Virus record (IMG/VR): IMGVR_UViG_3300031951_021468
Source: an uncultured virus (IMG/VR IMGVR_UViG_3300031951_021468)
Taxonomy: Duplodnaviria > Heunggongvirae > Uroviricota > Caudoviricetes
Direction: 5' to 3' (one strand)
DNA: 31,957 nucleotides
Part shown: one piece after another, positions 1 through 7,886 of the stretch
How positions within the stretch are numbered: position 1 is the stretch's first letter
How the letters are laid out: the number at the start of each line of letters is the position of its first letter
Position numbers and translations under genes: made by a program
The notes under the pieces: model-generated
Database searches by the model: none
What the model was told of the DNA's origin: nothing
What the model saw: only the letters and a program-made list of their open reading frames with translations

Positions 1-511
1 TTATTTGATCTAACTTTTCAATAACTTGTTTTCTTGCTTGGCTTTCACTTTCAAAATGAGCACGAGTATCCTTTGCCATTATTTCAAATTCAGAAATCAT
101 ATCATTTAAAGCACTTTCGACAGCCTCTCTATTGGCACTGCCGAGCTTGCCATCGTCACTAATAAGCTGCTCAATTTTGGCCTTAAACAACTCCAATTCA
201 GAGCCAAAATGAGACAAAACTGCATTAAACTCTTCAATTTCTTCCGACATTAATGCATCGCCTTCGCGTTGATACTGCTGATAAGTTTTCAGCAGTTCGC
301 TCATTGTTGTTATTTTCTCAAAAATTTCGCGTACTTCTTTTGAGTCAGATTCGCTGAGTTTTTCAATGTCTGCTTTAATCTCTGTTTGCAGATCGTAAAT
401 ACGGACGAGTGCATTAGAAAATTCCACATAAGCTTCAGTTTGCGCTGTGATTTCATTGCGCAACATTTTCAAATCTTCTATAGATGAATTATTTGAATTT
501 TTTTCACTCAT
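1..511 (-). CDS. Acidic coiled-coil hypothetical protein, partial (3' end runs off the window edge)
   Basis: Not in the ORF track. My translation from ATG 511 gives MSEKNSNNSSIEDLKMLRNEITAQ...ARKQVIEKLDQI, 170 codons with no stop. Purine-rich AGAGAG upstream; helical, E/K/L-rich. Confidence 0.8.
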   Translation of the reverse strand, partial: MSEKNSNNSSIEDLKMLRNEITAQTEAYVEFSNALVRIYDLQTEIKADIEKLSESDSKEVREIFEKITTMSELLKTYQQYQREGDALMSEEIEEFNAVLSHFGSELELFKAKIEQLISDDGKLGSANREAVESALNDMISEFEIMAKDTRAHFESESQARKQVIEKLDQI

Positions 512-530
512 TGTATAACACTCTCTTTTG

Positions 531-557
531 ATTCTTTTATAATTAAAAAGAATCTTT
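531..557 (-). promoter_or_regulatory. Variant of the AGG-N19-GAAT promoter motif (AAAG-N19-GAAT)
   Basis: Same 19-nt spacing as the other copies, one mismatch in the upstream box, about 20 nt before ATG 511. Confidence 0.4.
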
Positions 558-608
558 GACCGTTTTGAAAACATGCCCAAGATTCTTTTTTCGAGTTCAA
601 TTAATAAA

Positions 609-962
609 TTACCTAGTAATCGCTTTTCTTAATTTAGCCGTAGATGCTTTAAGCCTCGCGGTGGATGGAGTTTCAAAACTCACCTCATGCAAAAATACAG
701 TTCCACCATTTTTTATCATTGATTTTTTAATACTTATGTCTCTACCTTTAAAGCTCAAAATTTTCACTTCTCCGACATTCATGTTTTGCGATAAGTTCTG
801 TATTACAAAACCCTGGCTTTCAAGCTCCTTCGCAGGTTCATTCATGAGTCGAATATGATCATCCTCTACAATCCAAACTGGATGCCTGTAACTATCCAAC
901 ATAGCTTGCAAAATTTTCTGATAATTCTCAGATGATTTTGTTGTTTTAGCAGAGCCACTCAT
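609..962 (-). CDS. Stand-alone PAS-like domain protein
   Basis: ILQAMLDSYRHPVWIVEDDHIRLMNEPAKEL fits the PAS N-terminal pattern (ld...p.v.i.d....i...N.aa..l). SD-like AGAGGA upstream. Confidence 0.6.
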   Translation of the reverse strand: MSGSAKTTKSSENYQKILQAMLDSYRHPVWIVEDDHIRLMNEPAKELESQGFVIQNLSQNMNVGEVKILSFKGRDISIKKSMIKNGGTVFLHEVSFETPSTARLKASTAKLRKAITR

Positions 963-982
963 TGGTTTTCCTCTTTGTATTA

Positions 983-1846
983 TTAGAATATTCTATTAAA
1001 GTATTCCTGGAAAATATTAAAACTTTCTTCATCTTCCATAACAATATATACATGGGTGATTGATTTTGTTTCAACACTGTTTAAAAATGTATATATTGCA
1101 GATAGCTGCACTCTGGCCGTGTGAGCAATGTCATGAGTGCCACAATCACATGGAAGAATTACTACTTTATTTGCGCCTAATTCTTCGGCCATTAATAAAG
1201 ATTTTCTCATTGCTGTTTTTATGTCTTGCTCATTGACCAACCTGCTAAATCCAGCCACAACTGCATGAACGATAGCCTTGGGAACTACTAAGCTTTTTTC
1301 TCCACCATTGCTTGTTAGGTAAACGTGGCCCATCTTCACAGAATCTTCGGCAATTTTATCACATTCTTCTTGAATTAAGCCTTTTGAAAGGCGGTTTAAT
1401 TTATAGTCATCTATTGTTAAGCCAATGTTTGTAGGCAAAACCAAAATATCAGACTTCACAGCATAAGGATTATCAACCTGATGAATGCTAACTTGAACAA
1501 CTTCATGTTCATCTCCATCCTCGTAATCATCAGGCTCATCAGAATCGTCGTAATCTTCAGAATCTTCACTTTCTAGTTGATCTTCTTCTGTGATTTCTTC
1601 ATCATTGCTTTCGATATCTTCATCCATTTGCCAAATTATAGGCAAAACAGAACACTGGGAATATAAACCTTCGCAATCTTCCTTCCAGGTGTCTTCACTG
1701 AAATCTTCTGGCTCTAAAAAAGATTTTGAAAGTTTGTCTTGTGTTACAAAGAATTTAAAAACACACTTGTTATCACCAGATACATCCTGGAGGTAAAACG
1801 GGCACTCGCAAGCTTGGCCGACAGGTAATTTAACAAACTTTTTCAT
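983..1846 (-). CDS. Divergent macrodomain (Appr-1''-p/YmdB-like) protein with Cys-rich N-terminus and acidic linker
   Basis: The C-terminal ~170 aa follow the macro fold pattern: SDILVLPTN, LIQEEC, GHVYLTSNG, AIVHAV, MRKSLLMAEELGANKVVILPCDCG, SITHVYIV. Confidence 0.75.
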   Translation of the reverse strand: MKKFVKLPVGQACECPFYLQDVSGDNKCVFKFFVTQDKLSKSFLEPEDFSEDTWKEDCEGLYSQCSVLPIIWQMDEDIESNDEEITEEDQLESEDSEDYDDSDEPDDYEDGDEHEVVQVSIHQVDNPYAVKSDILVLPTNIGLTIDDYKLNRLSKGLIQEECDKIAEDSVKMGHVYLTSNGGEKSLVVPKAIVHAVVAGFSRLVNEQDIKTAMRKSLLMAEELGANKVVILPCDCGTHDIAHTARVQLSAIYTFLNSVETKSITHVYIVMEDEESFNIFQEYFNRIF

Positions 1847-1867
1847 TTAAGATTTTTATACAGCAAG

Positions 1868-2608
1868 TTAAGTAATTGGAGTTGGTGTTCCGCTCGCGCC
1901 CTGATAGCCAAGTAAGTTGGTTGTTGGCATGCTGTTATATGATTGGCCTGAATAATTTGCGCTACCACCCTGCATTTGCTGATTCGTTGATTGCATTTGC
2001 ATAATCTTTTGTGCTTCAGAGTTCAAAAAGTTTTTCAAATCGGCTGGCATGTCTGGCCACGATTGGAATAATCGAGCCATAGTTTGTTGCATAACTTGCG
2101 GGCTCTGACCCCACATTTGTCCCAAAAGCATCCCAGAAATAGCCTGGTACATTTGCTGTCTAACGGGCTGTGGTAAATTTGGATATCGACGGAGAAATTC
2201 TGCATATTGCATTAGGCTTTGCTGATTTCTGTAAACCATGCTTGGGTCATTTCGCAGCGCAATTGATTCATCATACATCATTTTTCCTATTTCTTCCGCG
2301 CTTTTACCCTCCCAGTTTAAAGGATTGTTAGCCTGTGATACCATCGGTGCATCGGGTGCAGATGATGATGAATCCTGGAATGTTCCCCGAGGATTACCCT
2401 TGAAATAACCTTTGTATGCTCCTTCGGCAGAGTCGCCAAGGTTTTGAGTGCTCATTTCCATTCCAGGAACACCCTGAAGGGCCTTGTTTAAAGTTAAAGC
2501 CTGGGAAATTCTAAGAAAATCTGTAATAGCGTCTGCTGTTTTGTAATCTCCCGTGTTATCGGCTTTAGACGCCATTTTAACTAAACTTTGATAATTGTTT
2601 GAATTCAT
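1868..2608 (-). CDS. Hypothetical Q/M-rich protein with N-terminal helical tag; putative virion-internal protein
   Basis: 246 aa ORF; N-terminal LVKMASKADNTGDYKTADAITDFLRISQ is shared with other ORFs; AGGGG SD upstream. Confidence 0.55.
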   Translation of the reverse strand: MNSNNYQSLVKMASKADNTGDYKTADAITDFLRISQALTLNKALQGVPGMEMSTQNLGDSAEGAYKGYFKGNPRGTFQDSSSSAPDAPMVSQANNPLNWEGKSAEEIGKMMYDESIALRNDPSMVYRNQQSLMQYAEFLRRYPNLPQPVRQQMYQAISGMLLGQMWGQSPQVMQQTMARLFQSWPDMPADLKNFLNSEAQKIMQMQSTNQQMQGGSANYSGQSYNSMPTTNLLGYQGASGTPTPIT

Positions 2609-2625
2609 AAAATACCCCTATTGCC

Positions 2626-3849
2626 TTAAATTGTTTTTGATATTAAATCAGTTTTGTCAGCAATTGTTCCCACATACTGATTTGCATGTTCTATTGCTTT
2701 CGTGGACTCTGGCCCACCATGTTGATTAATAATGCTAATGATATTTTGAACAAATTGATGAACATCAGGAATCGACGCAAGGTATTCTTTTGCCTCTTCT
2801 GGCGCTTCTTGAATCATAGATTGGGCCAGACTTATTCGTAAGTCATTTGTTGAATTTTCTCTAAACATAGAAGAATAATCAACAACTTTGTTTGTAAATG
2901 TATCATTGCCAAACATATCGGGAGCCGACTGAATACCTCCGAGTGAACCAAAATTGTTGCCGTTAGTCATGTGCGGGTGACCAGAACTTGAGCTATTTGT
3001 TTGCGTATTATTGGGCGAAACTGGAGCAGTGGGCGATGGATTGAGTGATTTTTGTATGTCCGTGGAACTTGGTGAACCCATGGTCGCTGCAGCAGCCGCA
3101 GGAATGGCAATACCAGCCGCAGCCTTTAAACCAATGACAGCAAGAATAGCTTTATAAGCCAGTCCCTTCATATAATTAAAAACTGCAACATCTTTGTATT
3201 GCTCAGCAAATTGAGTTGCTATTTTGTCTACTTCTTTATTTAGCTCGACCTGATCATAATCAACAGCATGGCCTTGTGAGTCAATTCTTTTCAGGTTTGC
3301 CGCTGATGGATTGGTGAGTAATTCCATCATCGTAACAGGTTTAGGGTTCATATTAAAGTTATCAACCCTGACGACAATTGATGGATCAAGTGGTTTTTCT
3401 AATGTTTGCTTTAGCCTGTTATCACCTATGATTTTCTGTATTAGATTGCCAATTTGGCCTCGTCCTTGGCCAAAATTAGCAGACTCAATCATTGCTCGCA
3501 AAGTGTCACTGTCATGAATTTTTGTTGGATTTTTCATGTCATCAGGCATAAAGTTTCCGACGCCAATATTTTGAACTCCTCTTTTTGTTGGAGACAAGGC
3601 CTCAAGTGTTTTTTCTTGAAGAACTCTGTTCAAAATTTCATTTTGGGCACTTGGAGTGTGCCCTTTAAACAACTCTTTGACTTCATCCGTATTTTTAAAC
3701 GGACTTCGCGTTCGTCTGAAAAAATTCCACAGACTTTTTAGCTCACCAGCCGCAACTACAACTCTTTCTGAGTCAGCGTTTATGGCCGCTTCGCGCATAT
3801 TATCCAACACGCGCTCAATTGGATTTGTCTTTGAAAATTTATTAGTCAT
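2626..3849 (-). CDS. Hypothetical protein with a hydrophobic Ala/Gly segment; putative virion/ejection protein
   Basis: 407 aa ORF containing AILAVIGLKAAAGIAIPAAAAA then an S/P/N-rich linker; preceded by the AGG-N19-GAAT motif. Confidence 0.5.
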   Translation of the reverse strand: MTNKFSKTNPIERVLDNMREAAINADSERVVVAAGELKSLWNFFRRTRSPFKNTDEVKELFKGHTPSAQNEILNRVLQEKTLEALSPTKRGVQNIGVGNFMPDDMKNPTKIHDSDTLRAMIESANFGQGRGQIGNLIQKIIGDNRLKQTLEKPLDPSIVVRVDNFNMNPKPVTMMELLTNPSAANLKRIDSQGHAVDYDQVELNKEVDKIATQFAEQYKDVAVFNYMKGLAYKAILAVIGLKAAAGIAIPAAAAATMGSPSSTDIQKSLNPSPTAPVSPNNTQTNSSSSGHPHMTNGNNFGSLGGIQSAPDMFGNDTFTNKVVDYSSMFRENSTNDLRISLAQSMIQEAPEEAKEYLASIPDVHQFVQNIISIINQHGGPESTKAIEHANQYVGTIADKTDLISKTI

Positions 3850-3877
3850 AGTGTCTTGCCCAAGGGTATAAGTATAA

Positions 3878-3904
3878 ATTCAATATTTTTTCTAAAAAAA
3901 CCTT
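3878..3904 (-). promoter_or_regulatory. Sigma-H-like promoter AAGG-N19-GAAT
   Basis: Exact motif on the minus strand about 30 nt upstream of ATG 3849. Confidence 0.65.
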
Positions 3905-3931
3905 GAATCAAAAAATCCCCTTTTTTATAAT
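3903..3931 (+). promoter_or_regulatory. Sigma70/SigA-type promoter TTGAAT-17-TATAAT
   Basis: Near-consensus -35, perfect -10, 17-bp spacer; upstream of AAGGA SD and ATG 3962. Confidence 0.7.
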
Positions 3932-3961
3932 AGAGAAATAATATAGTACAATAAGGAACAC

Positions 3962-4231
3962 ATGTTTTTAAATATCATTAATCTCGTGATTATGTCAGCG
4001 ATTGGCACGATCATTCTTTATGCCGCTCTGCCCAATTCTCGAAAGGAATGGAGCCTTTTACCTTTGCTTTTTATGGGTGTGTTGATCTATATTGCCGTAA
4101 CAGGAGGCATCGCCTTTGGCACATGGGTTATGATTTCGGCTTTTGTTGGATCAGGGGTCGGCCCTGCAATTATAATCGGATTAGTTTGGCTTCTTGCTGC
4201 ATTCTTTGTAGCTAAATCATGGCTTAATTAA
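3962..4231 (+). CDS. Small multi-pass membrane protein
   Basis: 89 aa, almost entirely hydrophobic (about 3 TM segments), with its own promoter and SD; converges with clpX with an 8-nt overlap. Confidence 0.75.
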   Translation: MFLNIINLVIMSAIGTIILYAALPNSRKEWSLLPLLFMGVLIYIAVTGGIAFGTWVMISAFVGSGVGPAIIIGLVWLLAAFFVAKSWLN

Positions 4232-5615
4232 TTGTAACATACGATTCTGGATTGGCAATGCACTCATTTGTTATAACAACATGTTTGATCTTTCTGGAAG
4301 GTTCTGAACCTAAAAGATCAAACGCGGCTTGGCTAACAGCTCTTTTAACAAGAGTATTTAAAGCACGAGTTCCTGTGTCTGATTTGGCAGTTGTTTCAAC
4401 AACTGCCTGAAGCATGCTTTCCTCAAACTCCAATTTTACTCCTGATTCCGCGAAAAGCATTTGCGATCTGGAAACTGGCGAGTTTGGCAAATCAATTAAG
4501 CACTTGTAAAGTTGCTCTTTAGTTAGTGGCGCAAGCGGAACAATAATTGGAATTCGACCAATAAACTCGGTGTTCATTCCAAAATCTATCAACGCTTTTA
4601 TGATCACATCGGTTGACGCTTCGGCAAGAATATTATACGAGCGTATCGAAGATTCTATACGATCTTCTTCATTTCTTTTGGATAAGGAAATGGTTCTTCC
4701 AGAGTATCCCATCAACTTGCCCACCTGCTCAGCAAGTCCGTTAAATGCCCCGCCGAACATAAAAAGCATCTTGGTTGTATCCACCATTGTCATTGTTCCA
4801 GGCGGGTGGCCCAAATTTTGCATTGGCACTTTTACTTTTTTGCCCTCAATAAGTTTAAGTAAAGAACTTTGTGTTGCGTAGTTTAAGCCCTCTGATTTTG
4901 TGCCTTGCATTGCATGTGTTGAAAGCTTGTCAATTTCGTCAATAAATGCAATGCCTTGTTCTGCGGCATGATGTACCCCGCTTGATTTGTACATCATTTC
5001 AAAAATAATGGTATCAACATCTGCGCCCTGAAACCCTGTGGGAGAATAACTTGTTGCATCGGCGGACACAAATGGAACGTCTAATATTTTCGCAATGGAA
5101 TTTGCAATTAATGTTTTTCCACTTCCAGAAGGCCCAAGCATAAGTATATTTTGTTTTTCTAATAGCGGGCTATCTGCGCGTCTTTGGGCGTTTTTATAAT
5201 GTTCGTAGACTGCTAAACTTATGCGTCTTTTTGCTTCTTCTTGGCCAATAACATTTTTGTCAAGATATTCATAAATTTCTCTAGGTGATTGCTCCTTATA
5301 TGTTCCTTTTATATGAGCTTGCAATTGCTTATCTTCAAGTTGCCGCCGTGCTGACGGAACCATTTCAAGTATGTGCTCTTTGATTTGTTGAGAATTTAAT
5401 GGATCGTCCATTTTTAAAATAAATTCCGCTAATGCAGAATTTAGCTCTAGCTGACCCATCACAGCACCAATATGAAAGGCCTCGGCATGCTTGCCGCACA
5501 AAAATATTTTACGATCATGAAACTGAATGTAACGCTGGTCAGTTGAGCCTTCTTCAGGTGGAGTACCGCAAACAACACAATTTGCATCTGAGATAATTTT
5601 ATTAGGATCAATCAT
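4224..5615 (-). CDS. clpX: ClpX-like AAA+ ATPase (divergent)
   Basis: SPREIYEYLDKNVIGQEEAKR, KQNILMLGPSGSGKT (Walker A), ADAT, FIDEIDK (Walker B), LLKLIEG, FGGAF, EFIGRIP; N-terminal CxxC...CxxH. Confidence 0.9.
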   Translation of the reverse strand: MIDPNKIISDANCVVCGTPPEEGSTDQRYIQFHDRKIFLCGKHAEAFHIGAVMGQLELNSALAEFILKMDDPLNSQQIKEHILEMVPSARRQLEDKQLQAHIKGTYKEQSPREIYEYLDKNVIGQEEAKRRISLAVYEHYKNAQRRADSPLLEKQNILMLGPSGSGKTLIANSIAKILDVPFVSADATSYSPTGFQGADVDTIIFEMMYKSSGVHHAAEQGIAFIDEIDKLSTHAMQGTKSEGLNYATQSSLLKLIEGKKVKVPMQNLGHPPGTMTMVDTTKMLFMFGGAFNGLAEQVGKLMGYSGRTISLSKRNEEDRIESSIRSYNILAEASTDVIIKALIDFGMNTEFIGRIPIIVPLAPLTKEQLYKCLIDLPNSPVSRSQMLFAESGVKLEFEESMLQAVVETTAKSDTGTRALNTLVKRAVSQAAFDLLGSEPSRKIKHVVITNECIANPESYVTIN

Positions 5616-5646
5616 ACCAGTAACCGCTTAGAGCAAAGTTAAAATT

Positions 5647-5841
5647 TCATTTTTTAACTTCATTATTGGGTTTATACATATAACACTCAATAGAAAATCG
5701 ATTATTTTTAATATCCATCATAATTAATTCTCTTTGTTCATCTGAATATTGAGACCAATTACGTATTTCTTCTAATGATCGCTTGCAAGCAATACAGACA
5801 TTGTTGTCAAGTTTGCAAATCTTAATACATGGGCTTTTCAT
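5647..5841 (-). CDS. DUF1289 family small Cys-rich (putative Fe-S/Zn) protein
   Basis: SPCIKICKLDNNVCIACKRSLEEIRNW matches the DUF1289 SPCxxxC...CxGCxRxxxEIxxW signature. Confidence 0.85.
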   Translation of the reverse strand: MKSPCIKICKLDNNVCIACKRSLEEIRNWSQYSDEQRELIMMDIKNNRFSIECYMYKPNNEVKK

Positions 5842-5846
5842 TAGAT

Positions 5847-6911
5847 TTATCTTTTAAATCTACTAACATTAGTGTTCGCAGATTTATTTTGTGCATATGA
5901 CGACTGGGCGTTTTGAACCATATTATCAATTCGCTCTTTGCCTTCTAAAACATAAGTCCAAACTTGATTTCCAGCAGCTAATACTTGAGGATCATTTCCT
6001 GTAAGCCTGTTAACTTCTGTGATAATTTTTTGTATATCTACTGACTGATTGTGATAAAGTTTTTGAGCACCTTGTAAATTTTCAATGGCATCAAAGATAG
6101 CTCCAACACCTAATTCGCCGACTAATCCAACGCCCATACTCTTTAGGCTGCCCACGCCTTTTAACATATTGGGAGCAAGGTTTTGAACAGTTTTCTTAAC
6201 TGCGTATTCCCCAGCATTACCACCCAATGCACCTGTGCCTAATTCCGTGCCTAATTGCTTAGCGGAAGAGCCTAAGTCATGGCCATAATTTGAAGATGGC
6301 GAATTGTTAGAGTTTGATATAAAATAGTTTTGATTATCCGCAGATGATGCTATTCTGACAATTTGATTAATACTCTCGTATGATGAGGCTCTTAAGTTTT
6401 GTAAATTAGCATATTCCTGCTGAAATTTTTGCGTCATTTCTTCAGGAGAAATATTGAATCTATTGCTTTGAAAATTTTCAGATTTTCTTCCCTGAATATG
6501 CCCGTCAACAAACTCTTTGTATTGGTTACCTAATGTCTTTAGTACCGAGGCTAGAGTTGAGTCTTGCCCTTGAATTAAGTCCGCAAGTTTGTTCAATCTC
6601 TCCTCAAGATCGCCAGCTTGCCAAGATGCTTTATCTTGGTTCGAGCGAGTATTGTACCATATGTCTGTTATGCCTTTGATCGCGACGTTACCCGCCGCAC
6701 CAATGGCAGCCCCAGGAACAGCTCCCACGCCCCCGAAAAGAGCGCCACCGATAGCCCCTCCTGCTCCGCCCTCTAGCGCGGTTCTTCCGTAGCCTCCCCA
6801 GTCCATCTCGCCGCGAATAGCCTCTTTGTAAAGAAAATCAGATTCGCGGATAAGGGCGGAATCCGCCTCATCCAACCTTTGTATTCCTGATTTTAACCAA
6901 GGCTTATCCAT
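5847..6911 (-). CDS. Glycine-zipper protein with internal duplication; putative virion protein
   Basis: GGAGGAIGGALFGGVGAVPGAAIGAAG plus a second Gly-rich segment, each followed by a similar helix; AAGGA SD. Confidence 0.6.
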   Translation of the reverse strand: MDKPWLKSGIQRLDEADSALIRESDFLYKEAIRGEMDWGGYGRTALEGGAGGAIGGALFGGVGAVPGAAIGAAGNVAIKGITDIWYNTRSNQDKASWQAGDLEERLNKLADLIQGQDSTLASVLKTLGNQYKEFVDGHIQGRKSENFQSNRFNISPEEMTQKFQQEYANLQNLRASSYESINQIVRIASSADNQNYFISNSNNSPSSNYGHDLGSSAKQLGTELGTGALGGNAGEYAVKKTVQNLAPNMLKGVGSLKSMGVGLVGELGVGAIFDAIENLQGAQKLYHNQSVDIQKIITEVNRLTGNDPQVLAAGNQVWTYVLEGKERIDNMVQNAQSSYAQNKSANTNVSRFKR

Positions 6912-6925
6912 AATGTATCCTTTTA

Positions 6926-7768
6926 CTATCTGGCTTTAAAGTAGTAATTTGGCTTGCGCTTTCCAGTTTCGGGATCGACTTCGCCTTTGTGACCGCGGAA
7001 TGTTAAAACACTTTCGGGCTTAATTTGACGGTGAGCCCAACCAATCTGCTTAGGAAGAGAGTATGGTTCACCCGTCTTGGGATCAACGCCTAAATAGCGC
7101 TCTCTTCCAGATTTTTCGTCTTCATCCAGTGACTCAAGATCAAATGTTGGATCAAAAAGTGCGCGAAGCTTTCTTTTGTCATAAAGACTAACATTGTTTT
7201 CGCTTGGTCTAAAATCGGGGTCAGAAGACATTAGACTATTTAATTCGGGATCAAAAATGTAAGACCGCTCATATCCAGGTTTGCTTGTAGAAGCATAATC
7301 TAAATCAAAAGTTGCACGACGAGATCGGTTGCGTGTGGCCTTATCGAGTCTGTCATAAAAAGCCTCTCTGTTGCGTTGAAGTTGATCTGGGCTCATAAAA
7401 AACTCTGGGAGTCTTTTTTCAAAATTGCTTTTAAATCCTGGGGGCAACATTACTGTCCGAGGTCCATACCGCATTGGCTCTTTCATTGGTATTCTGCGGC
7501 CAGGTGTATAATTTTCTATCGCATCGGCAAGTTCTGGATGTGCGCCGCGAATAATTTCTAGGTGTTCAGGGTCGCTTAAGTCTAAATTCTTAATTGTGTG
7601 ATACATCTGAGCATGATATGGGTCAATTTCCTCAACATCATTTTCGTCATCTGCCTCCCAAAGGGCATTAGCAGCATATTTGCGAAGCACGTCAGTTACA
7701 ACATCAGCTTCAGCAAAAAGCCCCTGCTGGTCAAGCCACATGGCAGTTTCGGCGAATTTTCTTAACAT
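6926..7768 (-). CDS. Hypothetical protein with N-terminal helical tag
   Basis: MLRKFAETAMWLDQQGLFAEADVVTDVLRKYAA; GAGGAG SD; AGG-N19-GAAT motif upstream. Confidence 0.6.
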   Translation of the reverse strand: MLRKFAETAMWLDQQGLFAEADVVTDVLRKYAANALWEADDENDVEEIDPYHAQMYHTIKNLDLSDPEHLEIIRGAHPELADAIENYTPGRRIPMKEPMRYGPRTVMLPPGFKSNFEKRLPEFFMSPDQLQRNREAFYDRLDKATRNRSRRATFDLDYASTSKPGYERSYIFDPELNSLMSSDPDFRPSENNVSLYDKRKLRALFDPTFDLESLDEDEKSGRERYLGVDPKTGEPYSLPKQIGWAHRQIKPESVLTFRGHKGEVDPETGKRKPNYYFKAR

Positions 7769-7831
7769 TTTGTGTTTAAATCTCCTCAGAAGTTACGATG
7801 AACAATAAAGTTGCTCAATATCTTAATAAAA

Positions 7832-7858
7832 ATTCTCAACAAAAACCAAGCAGCCCTG
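7832..7858 (-). promoter_or_regulatory. Sigma-H-like promoter CAGG-N19-GAAT
   Basis: Exact spacing, upstream of ATG 7768; the upstream box lies inside the recD2 terminator stem. Confidence 0.6.
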
Positions 7859-7882
7859 CAAATGTTTTTCATTTGCAGGGCT
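7841..7882 (-). terminator. Intrinsic terminator after recD2
   Basis: 13-bp perfect stem AGCCCTGCAAATG (7852-7864) / CATTTGCAGGGCT (7870-7882), with an interrupted T tract on the minus strand. Confidence 0.7.
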
Positions 7883-7886
7883 TTTG

